Shown: positions 12,657-26,300, counted from the stretch's first letter. The stretch is DNA of 64,000 nt from Eledone cirrhosa (GCA_964016885.1 OZ024741.1:28582001-28646000); one strand, 5' to 3'. Program-made: numbers and translations. The notes: a model not told the origin generated them from the sequence alone.

Positions 12657-12723
12657 ACTGTCTGTTTGTCTGTCTATTTATCTATCTACCGACTTACCTA
12701 CCTACTTATGAACCTACGTGTCG

Positions 12724-12805
<82 letters not shown>

Positions 12806-12817
12806 CTATCTGTCTAT
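12657..12817. repeat. (TATC)n/(TGTC)n/(TACC)n microsatellite
   Basis: Direct reading. Confidence 0.95.
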
Positions 12818-12818
12818 T

Positions 12819-15800
12819 GTTGCTGTTTGGCTGTGGAAACACCTGGACCTCGTAATACAGACGGTACATCTGGACCCGGAGGGTCGACTGGTGGTCCTAG
12901 ACGTTGACGGTAGTGAAGGTGGAGCCTTCAGGCTGGTGGCCGAATATGCCCCATCCGGGACACCGCGGCCAGACTTCTTCAAACGTCTAGAGACTTTTCT
13001 GGGAGCGTCCCGCTCCCTGCTGTTAGTGGGGGACTGGAATGGAATCCTAGATGCACATTGGGACTATGTGGGAGCATGTCCCCATAGAGGGAGGTGTAAC
13101 AGCCTCAAACAGTTAATCGGCCGATTTGACCTGGCCGATAGATATCGACTAGATTTTCCGACTGTGCCACTGTGGACGTGAACTAATCGCAGCGGAACAT
13201 CTAGATCGTACCTAGATAGGGTTCTAGTTAGAAAGAAGGATAGGGACATGTTAAGCTGTCCACAAATGTTCATGGTTGCCTATTCAGATCACAAATTAGT
13301 GATCTGCTTAGTCAACCTTGACAAAACCCATAGACAGGGACCCGGCTACTGGAAGCTGAACTTGTCGTTACCGACATGCAAAGCCTACAGTAGACGGATT
13401 AGCACTTTAGTTAATCAGAACTTGACGGGGGCCATTGTCAACAACAGATGGTGGTACTCTCTCAAGAGGGCAGTTAGATTAGACTCGATAGGTTTTAGTA
13501 AAGAATTAGTGTTAGAACTAAAACCGAAAAGGAACTGGTAGATAAAGTAGAAGAGCCACTTAGGAGTGGCAACGTAGCCAGCGTGCTAGCGACGAGAACG
13601 GCCTTTGACCAGTTCTTCGACGCAAAGCATGAAGGTTGCGTTGTCAGAAGCAAAATACGTGCTCTGGGAAACGAGGGAGCCAAAGCTGTTAGTTGGGCCC
13701 GAGTGACGGAGGCGAAAAGTGGCAAAAAGTCCATGATTCGATTTTTGAAGGACCAAGACGGACGCGTGATACGTGAGCCGAAGCAGATGTGCGCGGCCTT
13801 TCAGCGGCACTTTGCTCAACTGTTCGGGCAGGGCGGCGCGCCGGGAGGGGCTATGGATTTCGGTCCATACTTCAACGGCCTACCGCGACTCTCGAAAGTT
13901 TTGCGAAAGGCCGATTTCGGCCGCTGAGATAGGGTACGCGCTGAGCCAATGCGGCAAACGCAAATCTCCAGGTCTCGACGGTCTACCCTACGAATTTTAC
14001 GTAGCAATGCCGGACTTGTTCTCCGGTCTCCTGGAAGCGGTCTACTGCAACTGGCAGCAGAACAGGAGAATTCCCAGTTCTGTGACGAAGGGCGTAGTCA
14101 CGTTAGTCAGGAAGGACGAGAATAAGGAGGATGACATAGGAAACTTCCGGCTCATAACTCTGCTAAACACAGAGTTACAGATTTTGGCCAAGGTGTTGGC
14201 AAAGAGGCTGGCGCTTGTCGTCGAAAACCTGGTAGGAGAAGCGCAGACATGCGCAATCCCGACCAGATCCATACACGACAACCTCCACCTCATGCGATAC
14301 ATTATAGAGAGGGTTGGGTGTAAACCCGGCTTCGGTGGGGCCCTGATCAACTTGGATCAGTCTAAGGCTTTCGATAGGGTTGACCATCGTTACCTGGATG
14401 CAGTGCTCGAGGCGGCAGGCTTCGGACCCGTGTTCAGGGGCTGGATTGCTGCAATGCACAGCAGCAACATCTGCTCAAGAGTCAAGGTGAACGGCTACCT
14501 CTTCATATCACGCGATCCATCCGACAGGGATGCCCTCTCTCCTCTCTTCTGTACGTACTGACTCTCGAGCCACTACTGCGGAAGTTGGAGCTATTGCAGG
14601 GCATCCCCTTTGGAACCGGGACTGCGAAAAGCGGCGTCGGCCTATGCCGACGACGTGACAGTAATGGTGTCGAGCACTTCGCAAATCGGGGAGGTCGACA
14701 CCTTACTGGAGGAATACGAAAGATTCACAGGAGCGAAGCTGAACCGGGACAAGTCCATCGGTTTGCAACTCGGATCGTGGAGAGGCAAACCGATGCCTTC
14801 CGATGACGTCGTCGGACGCTGGACGGAAGGACCGGTAAAGCTGCTCGGGGTCTGGTTTGGTCTGGACCTCCAGGTAGAGAAGAACTGGAATGAGGTGACG
14901 GCCAAGGTGTTTGCGCTCACCAAGAAGTGGGCCGAGTGCAAACTATCCTTGAAAGGTCGAGTGGAGGTGGCAAACACTTATATAGCGTCCGCCATCTACT
15001 ACCACTTGACCGTCGTGCCTTGTCCAGCCAAAACGCTCACCAAAATGGAGCGCGCGCTCTTCCAAGTCCTTTGGAAGAAACGGGCTCCTTTGGTGAGAAG
15101 ATCCATCTGCTGCCAACACCCTTCAAACGGAGGCTGGGGATGCCGCGGCTGACGATGCGCAAACACGCGCTCAGGCTGCGGCACCTCCACGTATTCCTCA
15201 CCGGACAACCGGTGTGGGCCCCGTTCGTGAGGCGAGCCTTCCCACAACTCGTCTCGCTAACCGAGCTGCAGTCCTGGGTCAAGCAAAGAACGAGGAAAAT
15301 GGGCGACTGGCACATCGAATGTGCTCAGGCGCTCACAGTCCTCTGGCAAACGGACCCGGCGATCAGTGGAGACTCCACTTCGACATTCTATAGAGGGTTG
15401 GTCCGCAGCAAGTGCGACGACGCGCTCAGAGGAACACTGGGCGTAGAGGAGGACGAACTGGTCAGTCTTCCCGGGACCAATGGACAACTTCCAAAAGTAC
15501 CTGGCCTGGCAGTGCTACCGAGGAGCTCTACCAGTTCGAGATAAGCTCTACAGACACGGGCGCCCGGGAAGGGACCCTTCGAAAAAGATCTGTCCGAGAT
15601 GCATGCGCGACGAGGAAACCGTCGCGCACGCATTTGTACACTGCCCGGGCGTTACCGACCTGTGGGGCTATGTAGAACGACTATTGTCGCGGGTGGGACC
15701 AATCCAGTTGACCACCGAGTCCATTGTCATGATCAAACCGCCACCCTGCTTAAAAAACGAGGAAGAGGCGGTTTTCCTATGGTGAGAGAGGTTATATGGT

Positions 15801-16225
15801 GGACGAGGTTAAAAGGGCTGAGGTCAGACACCTTTCTCTCCGGCGAGCAACTGATTCGTTTTTTCAAATATCATTTTGGAAGAAGAATCAGGATGGAGAG
15901 AGAGGTGCTGTCCCCCAGCAAATTTGATAAAAGGTGGATGAATGTGGCAAATCTGGCCCGAGTGGTTGGGCCATCTCTCTATATAAGCCTGTAGGTTGAG
16001 GAAAAAGAGGAAGAGAGGAAGGGAGTACTCACTCTTGGTGCTCCTGGAGATGAGGGTTGTACATTTTTTCGGGGTGTGTACAACCCTAGTGTAACGCCTC
16101 CCCCTATTGGGGATTTCAATTGTTATTTGTTAGTTTATTAATAGTTTTATTTTCATATACCTGTATGTAAACTCCCCATTTGTATTTGTCCCCTTCTTTT
16201 GGGCCCTTGTGGCTAATAAAGAAAT
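12819..16225 (+). mobile_element. 5'-truncated, decayed Tx1/L1-clade element, a different subfamily from 4270-10380, flanked by (TATC)n
   Basis: Begins mid-APE (VAVW...LDPEGRLVVLDV) and is collinear with ORF2 of the first element through RT (YADD) and CPRC...HAFVHC. Multiple stops and frameshifts. Ends cccttgtggctaataaagaaat followed by tatctatc. Confidence 0.92.
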
Positions 16226-16324
16226 TTATCTATCTCTCTACCTATCTATCTGCACACACAGATCTTGCTCTCTCTCTATTCATATTTCTTTCCTTCCATT
16301 TTTAGTACATTACCTTCTTCCTAG

Positions 16325-18325
16325 CCATCCATCCAACCAGCCCACCAGTCCATCAGCCAACCATCCAACCAGCCAACCATCCAACCATCCAACCAGCCCA
16401 CCAGTCCATCAGCCCACCATCCAACCAGCCCACCATCTACCAGCCAACCAGCCTAACATCCAACTAGCCCACCAGCCCACCAGCCCACCAGCCAACCAGC
16501 CAACCAACCAACCAACCAGCCCACCAGCCCACCAGTCCACCATCAAAGCAGCTAACCAGCCCACCATCCAATCAGGCCACCATCCAACCATCCAACCAGC
16601 TCACCAGTCCAACATCAACCAGCCAACCAGTCCACCAGTCCACCATTCCATCAGCCCACCATCCAACCAGCCAACCAGCCAACCAACCAACCAACCAGCC
16701 CACCAGCCCACCAGTCCACCATCCAACCAGCCCACCATCCAACGAGCCAACCAGCCCACCAGCCAACCAGCCAACCAGCCAACCAGCCAACCAGCCAACC
16801 CTCCAGCCAGCACGCCAACCATTCAACCAGCCAACCAGACCACCAATGAACCAGCCAACTAGCCAACCAGCCAACCATCCAAACAGTCCAACAGCCACCA
16901 GCCCACCATCGACCAGCCAACCAGCCAACTATCCAACCATCCCACCATCCAACCAGCCGACCAGTCCCCCAGTCCACCAGCCATCCATCCAACCAGCCCA
17001 CCATCCAACCATCCAACCATCCAACCATCCAACCAGCCAACCATCCCATCAGCCTACCAGCCCGACAGACGACCAGCCCACCAGTCCAACAGTCCTCCAG
17101 CCAACCAGCTAACCATCCAACCATCCAACCAGCCCACCATCAAAGCAGCTAACCAGCCCACCATCCAATCAGGCCACCATCCAACCATCCAACCAGCTCA
17201 CCAGTCCAACATCAACCAGCCAACCAGTCCACCAGTCCACCATTCCATCAGCCCACCATCCAACCAGCCAACCAGCCAACCAGCCAACCATCCAACCAAC
17301 CAACCAACCAGCCAACCAGCCAACCATCCAACCATCCAACCAACCCACCATCCCACCATCCAACCATCCAACCAACCCACCATCCCACCATCCAACCACC
17401 CAACCAGCCCACCAGTCCACCATCCAACCATCCAACCATCCAACCAACCCACCATCCCACCATCCAACCAGCCAACCAACCCATCATCCAACCATCCAAC
17501 CAGCCCACCATCCAACCAACCCACCATCCCACCATCCAACCATCCAACCAACCCACCATCCCACCATCCAACCATCCAACCAGCCCACCATCCAACCAGC
17601 CAACCATCCAACCAACCAACCAGCCAACCAGCCAACCATCCAACCATCCAACCAGCCCACCATCCAACCAGCCAACCAACCCATCATCCAACCATCCAAC
17701 CAGCCCACCATCCAACCAGCCAACCATCCCACCAACCAATCAGCCAACCAGCCAGCCAGCCCACCATCCAACCATCCAACCAGCCCACCATCCAACCATC
17801 CAACCAACCCACCATCCAACCAGCCAGCCAGCCCACCATCCAACCAGCCAACCAACCCATCATCCAACCATCCAACCAACCCATCATCCAACCATCCAAC
17901 CAGCCCACCATCCAACCAGCCAACCAACCCATCATCCAACCATCCAACCAGCCCACCATCCAACCAGCCAGCCATCCCACCAACCAACCAGCCAACCAGC
18001 CAGCCAGCCCACCATCCAACCATCCAACCAGCCCACCATCCAACCAGCCAGCCAGCCCACCATCCAACCATCCAACCAGCCCACCATCCAACCAGCCAAC
18101 CAACCCATCATCCAACCATCCAACCAGCCCACCATCCAACCATACAACCAACCCACCATCCAACCATACAACCAGCCCACCATCCAACCAGCCAGCCAGC
18201 CCACCATCCATCCACCCAACCAGCCCACCAGTCGACCATCCAACCAGCCAACCATCCAGCCATCCAACCAGTCAACCAGCAAACCATCCAGCCAGCCCAC
18301 CATCCAACCAGCCCACAAGCCGACC
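16325..18325. repeat. Complex tetranucleotide repeat (CCAA/CCAT/CCAG/CCCA)n
   Basis: About 2 kb of CCAN units, with an internal ~150-bp duplication (16541 vs 17138). Confidence 0.95.
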
Positions 18326-18684
18326 AATTACTACTGGTTCGAAGAGGTTGATAATGTATGAGAATGGTAATGATAATGATGATGGTGGTGGTGGTGAAGA
18401 AGAAGACTTGACAAGTCATGCATTGCAGTATTTTCTTCTGTTTCTTTACTAAAATACGACATGTGAGGCTGTCTTTATATCGACATTAAAGTTTGTCAAT
18501 GTGAAATAGTTCTATACATACTTACAAGTACAGAAAAAAACCACCCTGGAATATATATTGACATACATTATATAACGTTTTAATTATATAACGTTTAAGT
18601 TCTCTTGAAGAGATAAAACGACAAGATTTAATCTATTAAAGATTTTTTGGTAAACAAATATTGATTATATAAATCTAGTAACTT

Positions 18685-18815
18685 TTATATAATACACACA
18701 TGCATATATATATATACATATATACATAAGTACGTACGTACATACATACATGCATACATATATACGTATGTACGTACGTGCATATATACATACGTACATA
18801 TATACCTTCATACAT
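18685..18815. repeat. (TA)n/(TACA)n/(TACG)n microsatellite
   Basis: Direct reading. Confidence 0.9.
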
Positions 18816-19419
18816 GGTGGCTGCCAACTCGTTTTCGAGTACGGCCACTACTTTATATCCATGTAGGAGAACCCCTACCGATGCGCTGAACGAGTGTGAC
18901 TTTTTAGTCCACCCAGCGACTTGAAAACTCTGGTACAAACACTACACTTGTGACAATTATTGACACACAGTGCTGGGCCCATGGTACCATGTGACGACAA
19001 GTGCAGAGAGATCTGCAGATATAAAGCAATGCCTGTGCCGTGAAGCTTTTATAGTGAGCAAAGGCACTGCACAAAGCCAGTCCCACTCTCTTAACCAAGA
19101 TGATATTTACCAAAAAGAAGAACAAGTCAACATCATTGGATACCATCAGGGTTGCAGGTGTTATATCAGAGTTTTCCTTCTCTTAGAATTCTGCCTTGAC
19201 AAAGGCTAAGGGGTCATCTCTCCCGGTGATTTTGGATGGCCATTGACTCTTAAGAACTCCATTGCCCTTTGACAGGTTTTGTTTTTAGTCCTGCAGGATG
19301 TCCAAAGTCACCCTCCTCACCAAGAAACCTTGGTGGGGTTGCCAGTTTAGTCGCCAACGACCCGACCATGAGACAGGTTGTACTGGGATACATGTTACCA
19401 GTAGCACCAACTGGTGACC
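18816..19419 (-). mobile_element. Probable non-coding retroelement fragment resembling an RTE-clade 5'UTR, inserted in (CATA)n
   Basis: A ~600-bp complex island bounded by the 12-bp direct repeat accttcatacat (18804-18815, 19417-19428). The minus-strand motif ctaagagaaggaaaactctga resembles RTE-type 5'UTRs as I recall them; not verified by search. Confidence 0.5.
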
Positions 19420-19630
19420 TTCATACATACGTACATACGTACATACATACATGCATACATACATACACAGACTCACGCACACACACACATAAATACGTTT
19501 ATATATGCATGCATATGTATACACACATCCACACATACGCTCGCGCACACACGCACACATATACATATATACATATATACATATATACATGCATACATAT
19601 ATATATACATATATATGTGTGTGTATGTAC
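19420..19630. repeat. (CATA)n/(CA)n/(TA)n microsatellite
   Basis: Direct reading. Confidence 0.92.
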
Positions 19631-19829
19631 CATAGGCGGTATGCTGTTTGAGTACTCGATGCTCGCGCAGAGCAGAGTATATTATTATAGATAACGAGGA
19701 ATCAGTAATCCATTACAATTTATTAACACATTACATATGTTTCTCCGTCGATCAGCTCAAGGCAGGATCTGTTACAGATCGAACCCGACTCAGCATTCGC
19801 AAGTTCCTCAGATATGTTTTGCGTTTTCA

Positions 19830-19978
19830 AAGCAACAACATCGACATCAACAACAGTAACAGCAACAGCAACACCAACCAAAACAAAGGCAACACCAGCA
19901 TCAACATCACATCAACAATGACAACAACAACAACAACAGCAACAAAAATACCACCTCAACAACAACACCAACTACAAC
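19830..19978. repeat. Degenerate (CAA)n tract
   Basis: Direct reading. Confidence 0.85.
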
Positions 19979-20144
19979 GGTCGTCGTATGTCAGTCTCAA
20001 GGCTCTCTTGTCTACATTTTAACAATATTTTATCAGTAAATTTCGAGACACTCCTGAGATTAAATTGTAAGACAAGACACCTGATTACAAATTGAGATTT
20101 TAGTAATCAACTAAACCAAAAACTTTGTAACCACCGAAATGATA

Positions 20145-20300
20145 GTTTTGGATTTAGACACAAGGCCAACAATTTTGTCAGAAAGGGAGAGTCGATTAAA
20201 TTGAAAGGCAAAACTAACCTCGGTGGGATTTGAACTCAGAACGTAAACGACCGTAACTCTATGCCACAAAGCAGATTGCCCGACACCTTACCGATACCAC
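20145..20300 (-). mobile_element. Diverged copy of the tRNA-derived SINE abutting the satellite
   Basis: Reverse complement gtatcggtaaggtgtcgggcaatctgctttgtggcatagagttacggtcgtttacgttctgagttcaaatcccaccgaggttagttttgcctttca...ggccttgtgtctaaa aligns with the SINE at 6211. The B-box is intact. Confidence 0.85.
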
Positions 20301-20318
20301 AAAACCAGAAGTAACACA

Positions 20319-23300
20319 AAGCATGGTGTCCAACACTCTACAGACACTGCCAACCCAAGCATAGTGTCCAACACTCTACAGACACTGCCAACCCAAGCAT
20401 AGTGTCCAACACTCTACCGACACTGCCAACCCAAGCATGGTGTCCAACAATCTACCGACACTGCCAACCCAAGCATGGTGTCCAACACTCTACCGACACT
20501 GCCAACCCAAGCATGTGGTCCAACACTCTACCGACACTGCCAACCCAAGCATGGTGTCCAACACTCTACCGACACTGCCAACCCAAGCATAGTGTCCAAC
20601 ACTCTACCGACACTGCCAACCCAAGTATGGTGTCCAACACTCTACCGACACTGCCAACCCTAGAATGGTGTCCAACACTCTACCGACAATGCCAACCCAA
20701 GCATGGTGTCCGACACTCTACCGACACTGCCAACCCAAGCATGGTGTCCAACACTCTATCGACACTGCCAACCCAAGCATGGTGTCCAACACTCTACCGA
20801 CACTGCCAACCCAAGCATGGTGTCCAACACTCTACCGACACTGCCAACACAAACATGGTGTCCAACACTCTACCGACACTGCCAACCCAAGCATGGTGTC
20901 CAACACTCTACCGACACTGCCAACCCAAGTATAGTGTCCAACACTCTACCGACACTGCCAACCCAAGCATGGTGTCCAACACTCTACCGACACTGCCAAC
21001 CCAAGTATAGTGTCCAACACTCTACCGACACTGCCAACCCAAGCATGGTGTCCAACACTCTACCGACACTGCCAACCCAAGCATGTGGTCCAACACTCTA
21101 CCGACACTGCCAACCCAAGCATGGTGTCCAACACTCTACCGACACTGCCAACCCAAGCATGGTGTCCAACACTCTACCGACACTGCCAACCCAAGCATGG
21201 TGTCCAACACTCTACCGACACTGCCAACCCAAGCATGGTGTCCAACACTCTACCGACACTGCCAACTCAAACATGGTGTCCAACACTCTACCGACACTGC
21301 CAACCCAAGCATGGTGTCCAACACTCTACCGACACTGCCAACCCAAGCATAGTGTCCAACACTCTACCGACACTGCCAACCCAAGCATGGTGTCCAACAC
21401 TCTACCGACACTGCCAACCCAAGTATAGTGTCCAACACTCTACCGACACTGCCAACCCAAGCATGGTGTCCAACACTCTACCGACACTGCCAACCCAAGC
21501 ATGTGGTCCAACACTCTACCGACACTGCCAACCCAAGCATGATGTCCAACACTCTACCGACACTGCCAACCCAAGCATGGTGTCCAACACTCTACCGACA
21601 CTGCCAACTCAAACATGGTGTCCAACACTCTACCGACACTGCCAACCCAAGCATGGTGTCCAACACTCTACCGACACTGCCAACCCAAGTATAGTGTCCA
21701 ACACTCTACCGACACTGCCAACCCAAGCATGGTGTCCAACACTCTGCCGACACTGCCAACCCAAGCATGTGGTCCAACACTCTACCGACACTGCCAACCC
21801 AAGCATGGTGTCCAACACTCTACCGACACTGCCAACCCAAGCATGTGGTCCAACACTCAACCGACACTGCCAACCCAAGTATAGTGTCCAACACTCTACC
21901 GACACTGCCAACCCAAGCATGGTGTCCAACACTCTACCGACACTGCCAACCCAAGTATAGTGTCCAACACTCTACCGACACTGCCAACCCAAGCATGGTG
22001 TCCAACAGTCTACCGACACTGCCAACCCAAGCATGGTGTCCAACACTCTACCGACACTGCCAACCCTAGAATGGTGTCCAACACTCTACCGACACTGCCA
22101 ACCCAAGCATGGTGTCCAACACTCTACCGACACTGCCAACCCAAGCATGTGGTCCAACACTCTACCGACACTGCCAACCCAAGCATGGTGTCCAACACTC
22201 TACCGACACTGCTAACCCAAGCATGGTGTCCAACACTCTACCGACACTGCCAACCCAAGCATGGTGTCCAACACGCTACCGACACTGCCAACCCAAGCAT
22301 GATGTCCAACACTCTACCGACACTGCCAACCCAAGCATGTGGTCCAACACTCTACCGACACTGCCAACCCAAGCATGGTGTCCAACACTCTACTGACACT
22401 GCCAACCCAAGCATGGTGTCCAACACTCTACCGACACTGCCAACCCAAACATGGTGTCCAACACTCTACCGACACTGCCAACCCAAGCATGGTGTCCAAC
22501 ACTCTACCGACACTGCCAACCCAAGCATGGTGTCCAACACTCTACCGACACTGCCAACCCAAGCATGGTGTCCAACACTCTACCGACACTGCCAACCCAA
22601 GTATGTGGTCCAACACTCTACCGACACTGCCAACCCAAGCATGGTGTCCAACACTCTACCGACACTGCCAACCCAAGCATGCGGTCCAACACTCTACCGA
22701 CACTGCCAACCCAAGTATGTGGTCCAACACTCTACCGACACTGCCAACCCAAGCATGATGTCCAACACTCTACCGACACTGCCAACCCAAACATGGTGTC
22801 CAACACTCTACCGACACTGCCAACCCAAGCATGGTGTCCAACACTCTACCGACACTGCCAACCCAAGCATGGTGTCCAACACTCTACCGACACTGCCAAC
22901 CCAAGCATGGTGTCCAACACTCTACCGACACAGCCAAGCCAAGCATAGTGTCCAACACTCTACCGACACTGCCAACCCAAGCATGGTGTCCAACACTCTA
23001 CCGACACTGCCAACCCAAGCATGGTGTCCAACACTCTACCGACACAGCCAACCCAAGCATATTGTCCAACACTCTACCGACACTGCCAACCCAAGCATGG
23101 TGTCCAACACTCTACCGACACTGCCAACCCAAGCATGGTGTCCAACACTCTACCGACACAGCCAACCCAAGCATGGTGTCCAACACTCTACCGACACAGC
23201 CAACCCAAGCATGGTGTCCAACACTCTACCGACACTGCCAACCCAAGCATGGTGTCCAACACTCTACCGACACTGCCAACCCAAGCATGGTGTCCAACAC

Positions 23301-26300
23301 TCTACCGACGCTGCCAACCCAAGCATGGTGTCCAACACTCTACCGACACTGCCAATCCAAGCATGTGGTCCAACACTCTACCGACACTGCCAACCCAAGT
23401 ATGGTGTCCAACACTCTACCGACACTGCCAACCCAAGCATGGTGTCCAACACTCTACCGACACTGCCAACCCAAGCATGGTGTCCAACAGTCTACCGACA
23501 CTGCCAACCCAAGTATAGTGTCCAACACTCTACCGACACTGCCAACCCAAGCATGGTGTCCAACACTCTACCGACACTGCCAACCCAAGCATGGTGTCCA
23601 ACACTCTACCGACACTGCCAACCCAAGCATGGTGTCCAACACTCTACCGACACTGCCAACCCAAGCATGGTGTCCAACACTCTACCGACACTGCCAACCC
23701 AAGCATGGTGTTCAATACTCTACCGACACAGCCAACCCAAGCATAGTGTCCAACACTCTACCGACACTGCCAACCCAAGCATGGTGTCCAACAGTCTACC
23801 GACACTGCCAACCCAAGCATGGTGTCCAACACTCTACCGACACTGCCAACCCAAGCATGGTGTCCAACACTCTACCGACACTGCCAATCCAAGCATGTGG
23901 TCCAACACTCTACCGACACTGCCAACCCAAGTATGGTGTCCAACACTCTACCGACACTGCCAACCCAAGCATGGTGTCCAACACTCTACCGACACTGCCA
24001 ACCCAAGCATGGTGTCCAACAGTCTACCGACACTGCCAACCCAAGTATAGTGTCCAACACTCTACCGACACTGCCAACCCAAGCATGGTGTCCAACACTC
24101 TACCGACACTGCCAACCCAAGCATGGTGTCCAACACTCTACCGACACTACCAACCCAAGCATGGTGTCCAACACTCTACCGACACTGCCAACCCAAGCAT
24201 GGTGTCCAACACTCTACCGACACAGCCAACCCAAGCATAGTGTCCAACACTCTACCGACACTGCCAACCCAAGCATGGTGTCCAACAGTCTACCGACACT
24301 GCCAACCCAAGCATGGTGTCCAACACTCTACCGACACTGCCAATCCAAGCATGTGGTCCAACACTCTACCGACACTGCCAACCCAAGTATGGTGTCCAAC
24401 ACTCTACCGACACTGCCAACCCAAGCATGGTGTCCAACACTCTACCGACACTGCCAACTCAAGCATGGTGTCCAACAGTCTACCGACACTGCCAACCCAA
24501 GCATGGTGTCCAACACTCTACCGACACTGCCAACCCAAGCATGGTCTCCAACACTCTACCGACACTGCCAACCCAAGCATGGTGTCCAACACTCTACCGA
24601 CACAGCCAACCCAAGCATAGTGTCCAACACACTACCGACACTGCCAACCCAAGCATGGTGTCCAACACTCTACCGACACTGCCAACCCAAGCATGGTGTC
24701 CAACACTCTACCGACACTGCCAACCCAAGCATGGTGTCCAACACTCTACCGAGACTGCCAACCCAAGCATGGTGTCCAACACTCTACCGACACAGCCAAC
24801 CCAAGCATAGTGTCCAACACTCTACCGACACTGCCAACCCAAGCATGGTGTCCAACACTCTACCGACACTGCCAACCCAAGCATGGTGTCCAACACTCTA
24901 CCGACACTGCCAACCCAAGCATGGTGTCCAACACTCTACCGACACTGCCAACCCAAGCATGGTGTCCAACACTCTACCGACACTGCCAACCCAAGCATGG
25001 TGTCCAACACTCTACCGACACTGCCAACCCAAGCATGGTGTCCAACACTCTACCGACACTGCCAACCCAAGCATGGTGTCCAACACTCTACCGACACTGC
25101 CAACCCAAGCATGGTGTCCAACACTCTACCGACACTGCCAACCCAAGCATGGTGTCCAACACTCTACCGACACTGCCAACCAAAGTATTGTGTCCAACAC
25201 TCTACGGACACTGCCAACCCAAGCATAGTGTCCAACACTCTACCGACACTGCCAACCCAAGCATGGTGTCCAACACTCTACCGACACTGCCAACCCAAGC
25301 ATGGTGTCCAACACTCTACCGACACTGCCAACCCAAGCATAGTGTCCAACACTCTACCGACACTGCCAACCCAAGCATGGTGTCCAACACTCTACCGACA
25401 CTGCCAACCCAAGCATGGTGTCCAACACTCTACCGACACTGCCAACCCAACCATGGTGTCCAACACTCTACCGACACTGCCAACCCAAGCATGGTGTCCA
25501 ACACTCTACCGACACTGCCAACCCAAGCATGGTGTCCAACACTCTAACGACACTGCCAACCCAAGCATGTGGTCCAACACTCTAACGACACTGCCAACCC
25601 AAACATGGGGTCCAACACTCTACCGACACTGCCAACCCAAGCATGGTGTCCAAAAGTCTACCGACACTGCCAACCCAAGTATAGTGTCCAACACTCTACC
25701 GACACTGCCAACCCAAGCATGGTGTCCAACACTCTACCGACACTGCCAACCCAAGCATGGTGTCCAACACTCTACCGACACTGCCAACCCAAGCATGGTG
25801 TCCCACACTCTACCGACACTGCCAACCCAAGCATGGTGTCCAACACTCTACCGACACTGCCAACCCAAGCATGGTGTCCAACACTCTACCGACACTGCCA
25901 ACCCAAGCATGGTGTCCAACACTCTACCTACACTGCCAACCCAAGCATGGTGTCCAACACTCTACCGACACAGCCAACCCAAGCATAGTGTCCAACACTC
26001 TACCGACACTGCCAACCCAAGCATGGTCTTCAACACTCTACCGACACTGCCAACCCAAGCATGGTGTCCAACACTCTACCGACACTGCCAACCCAAGCAT
26101 GGTGTCCAACACTCTACCGACACTGCCAACCCAAGCATGGTGTCCAACACTCTACCGACACAGCCAACCCAAGCATGGTGTCCAACACTCTACCGACACT
26201 GCCAACCCAAGCATGGTGTCCAACACTCTACCGACACTGCCAACCCAAGCATGGTGTCCAACACTCTACCGACACTGCCAACCCAAGCATGGTGTCCAAC

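Noticed and set aside
6798-15633. Antisense and alternate-frame ORFs over the retrotransposons
   Set aside because: Shadow ORFs of GC-rich coding sequence with no motifs.
16209-18419. Trp/Gly-rich and Pro/Gln-rich ORFs
   Set aside because: These are translations of the (CCAN)n simple repeat.
19648-20022. Possible host exon or ORF with Asn/Thr/Gln runs
   Set aside because: Largely a (CAA)n tract, with no recognisable domain or supported splice structure.
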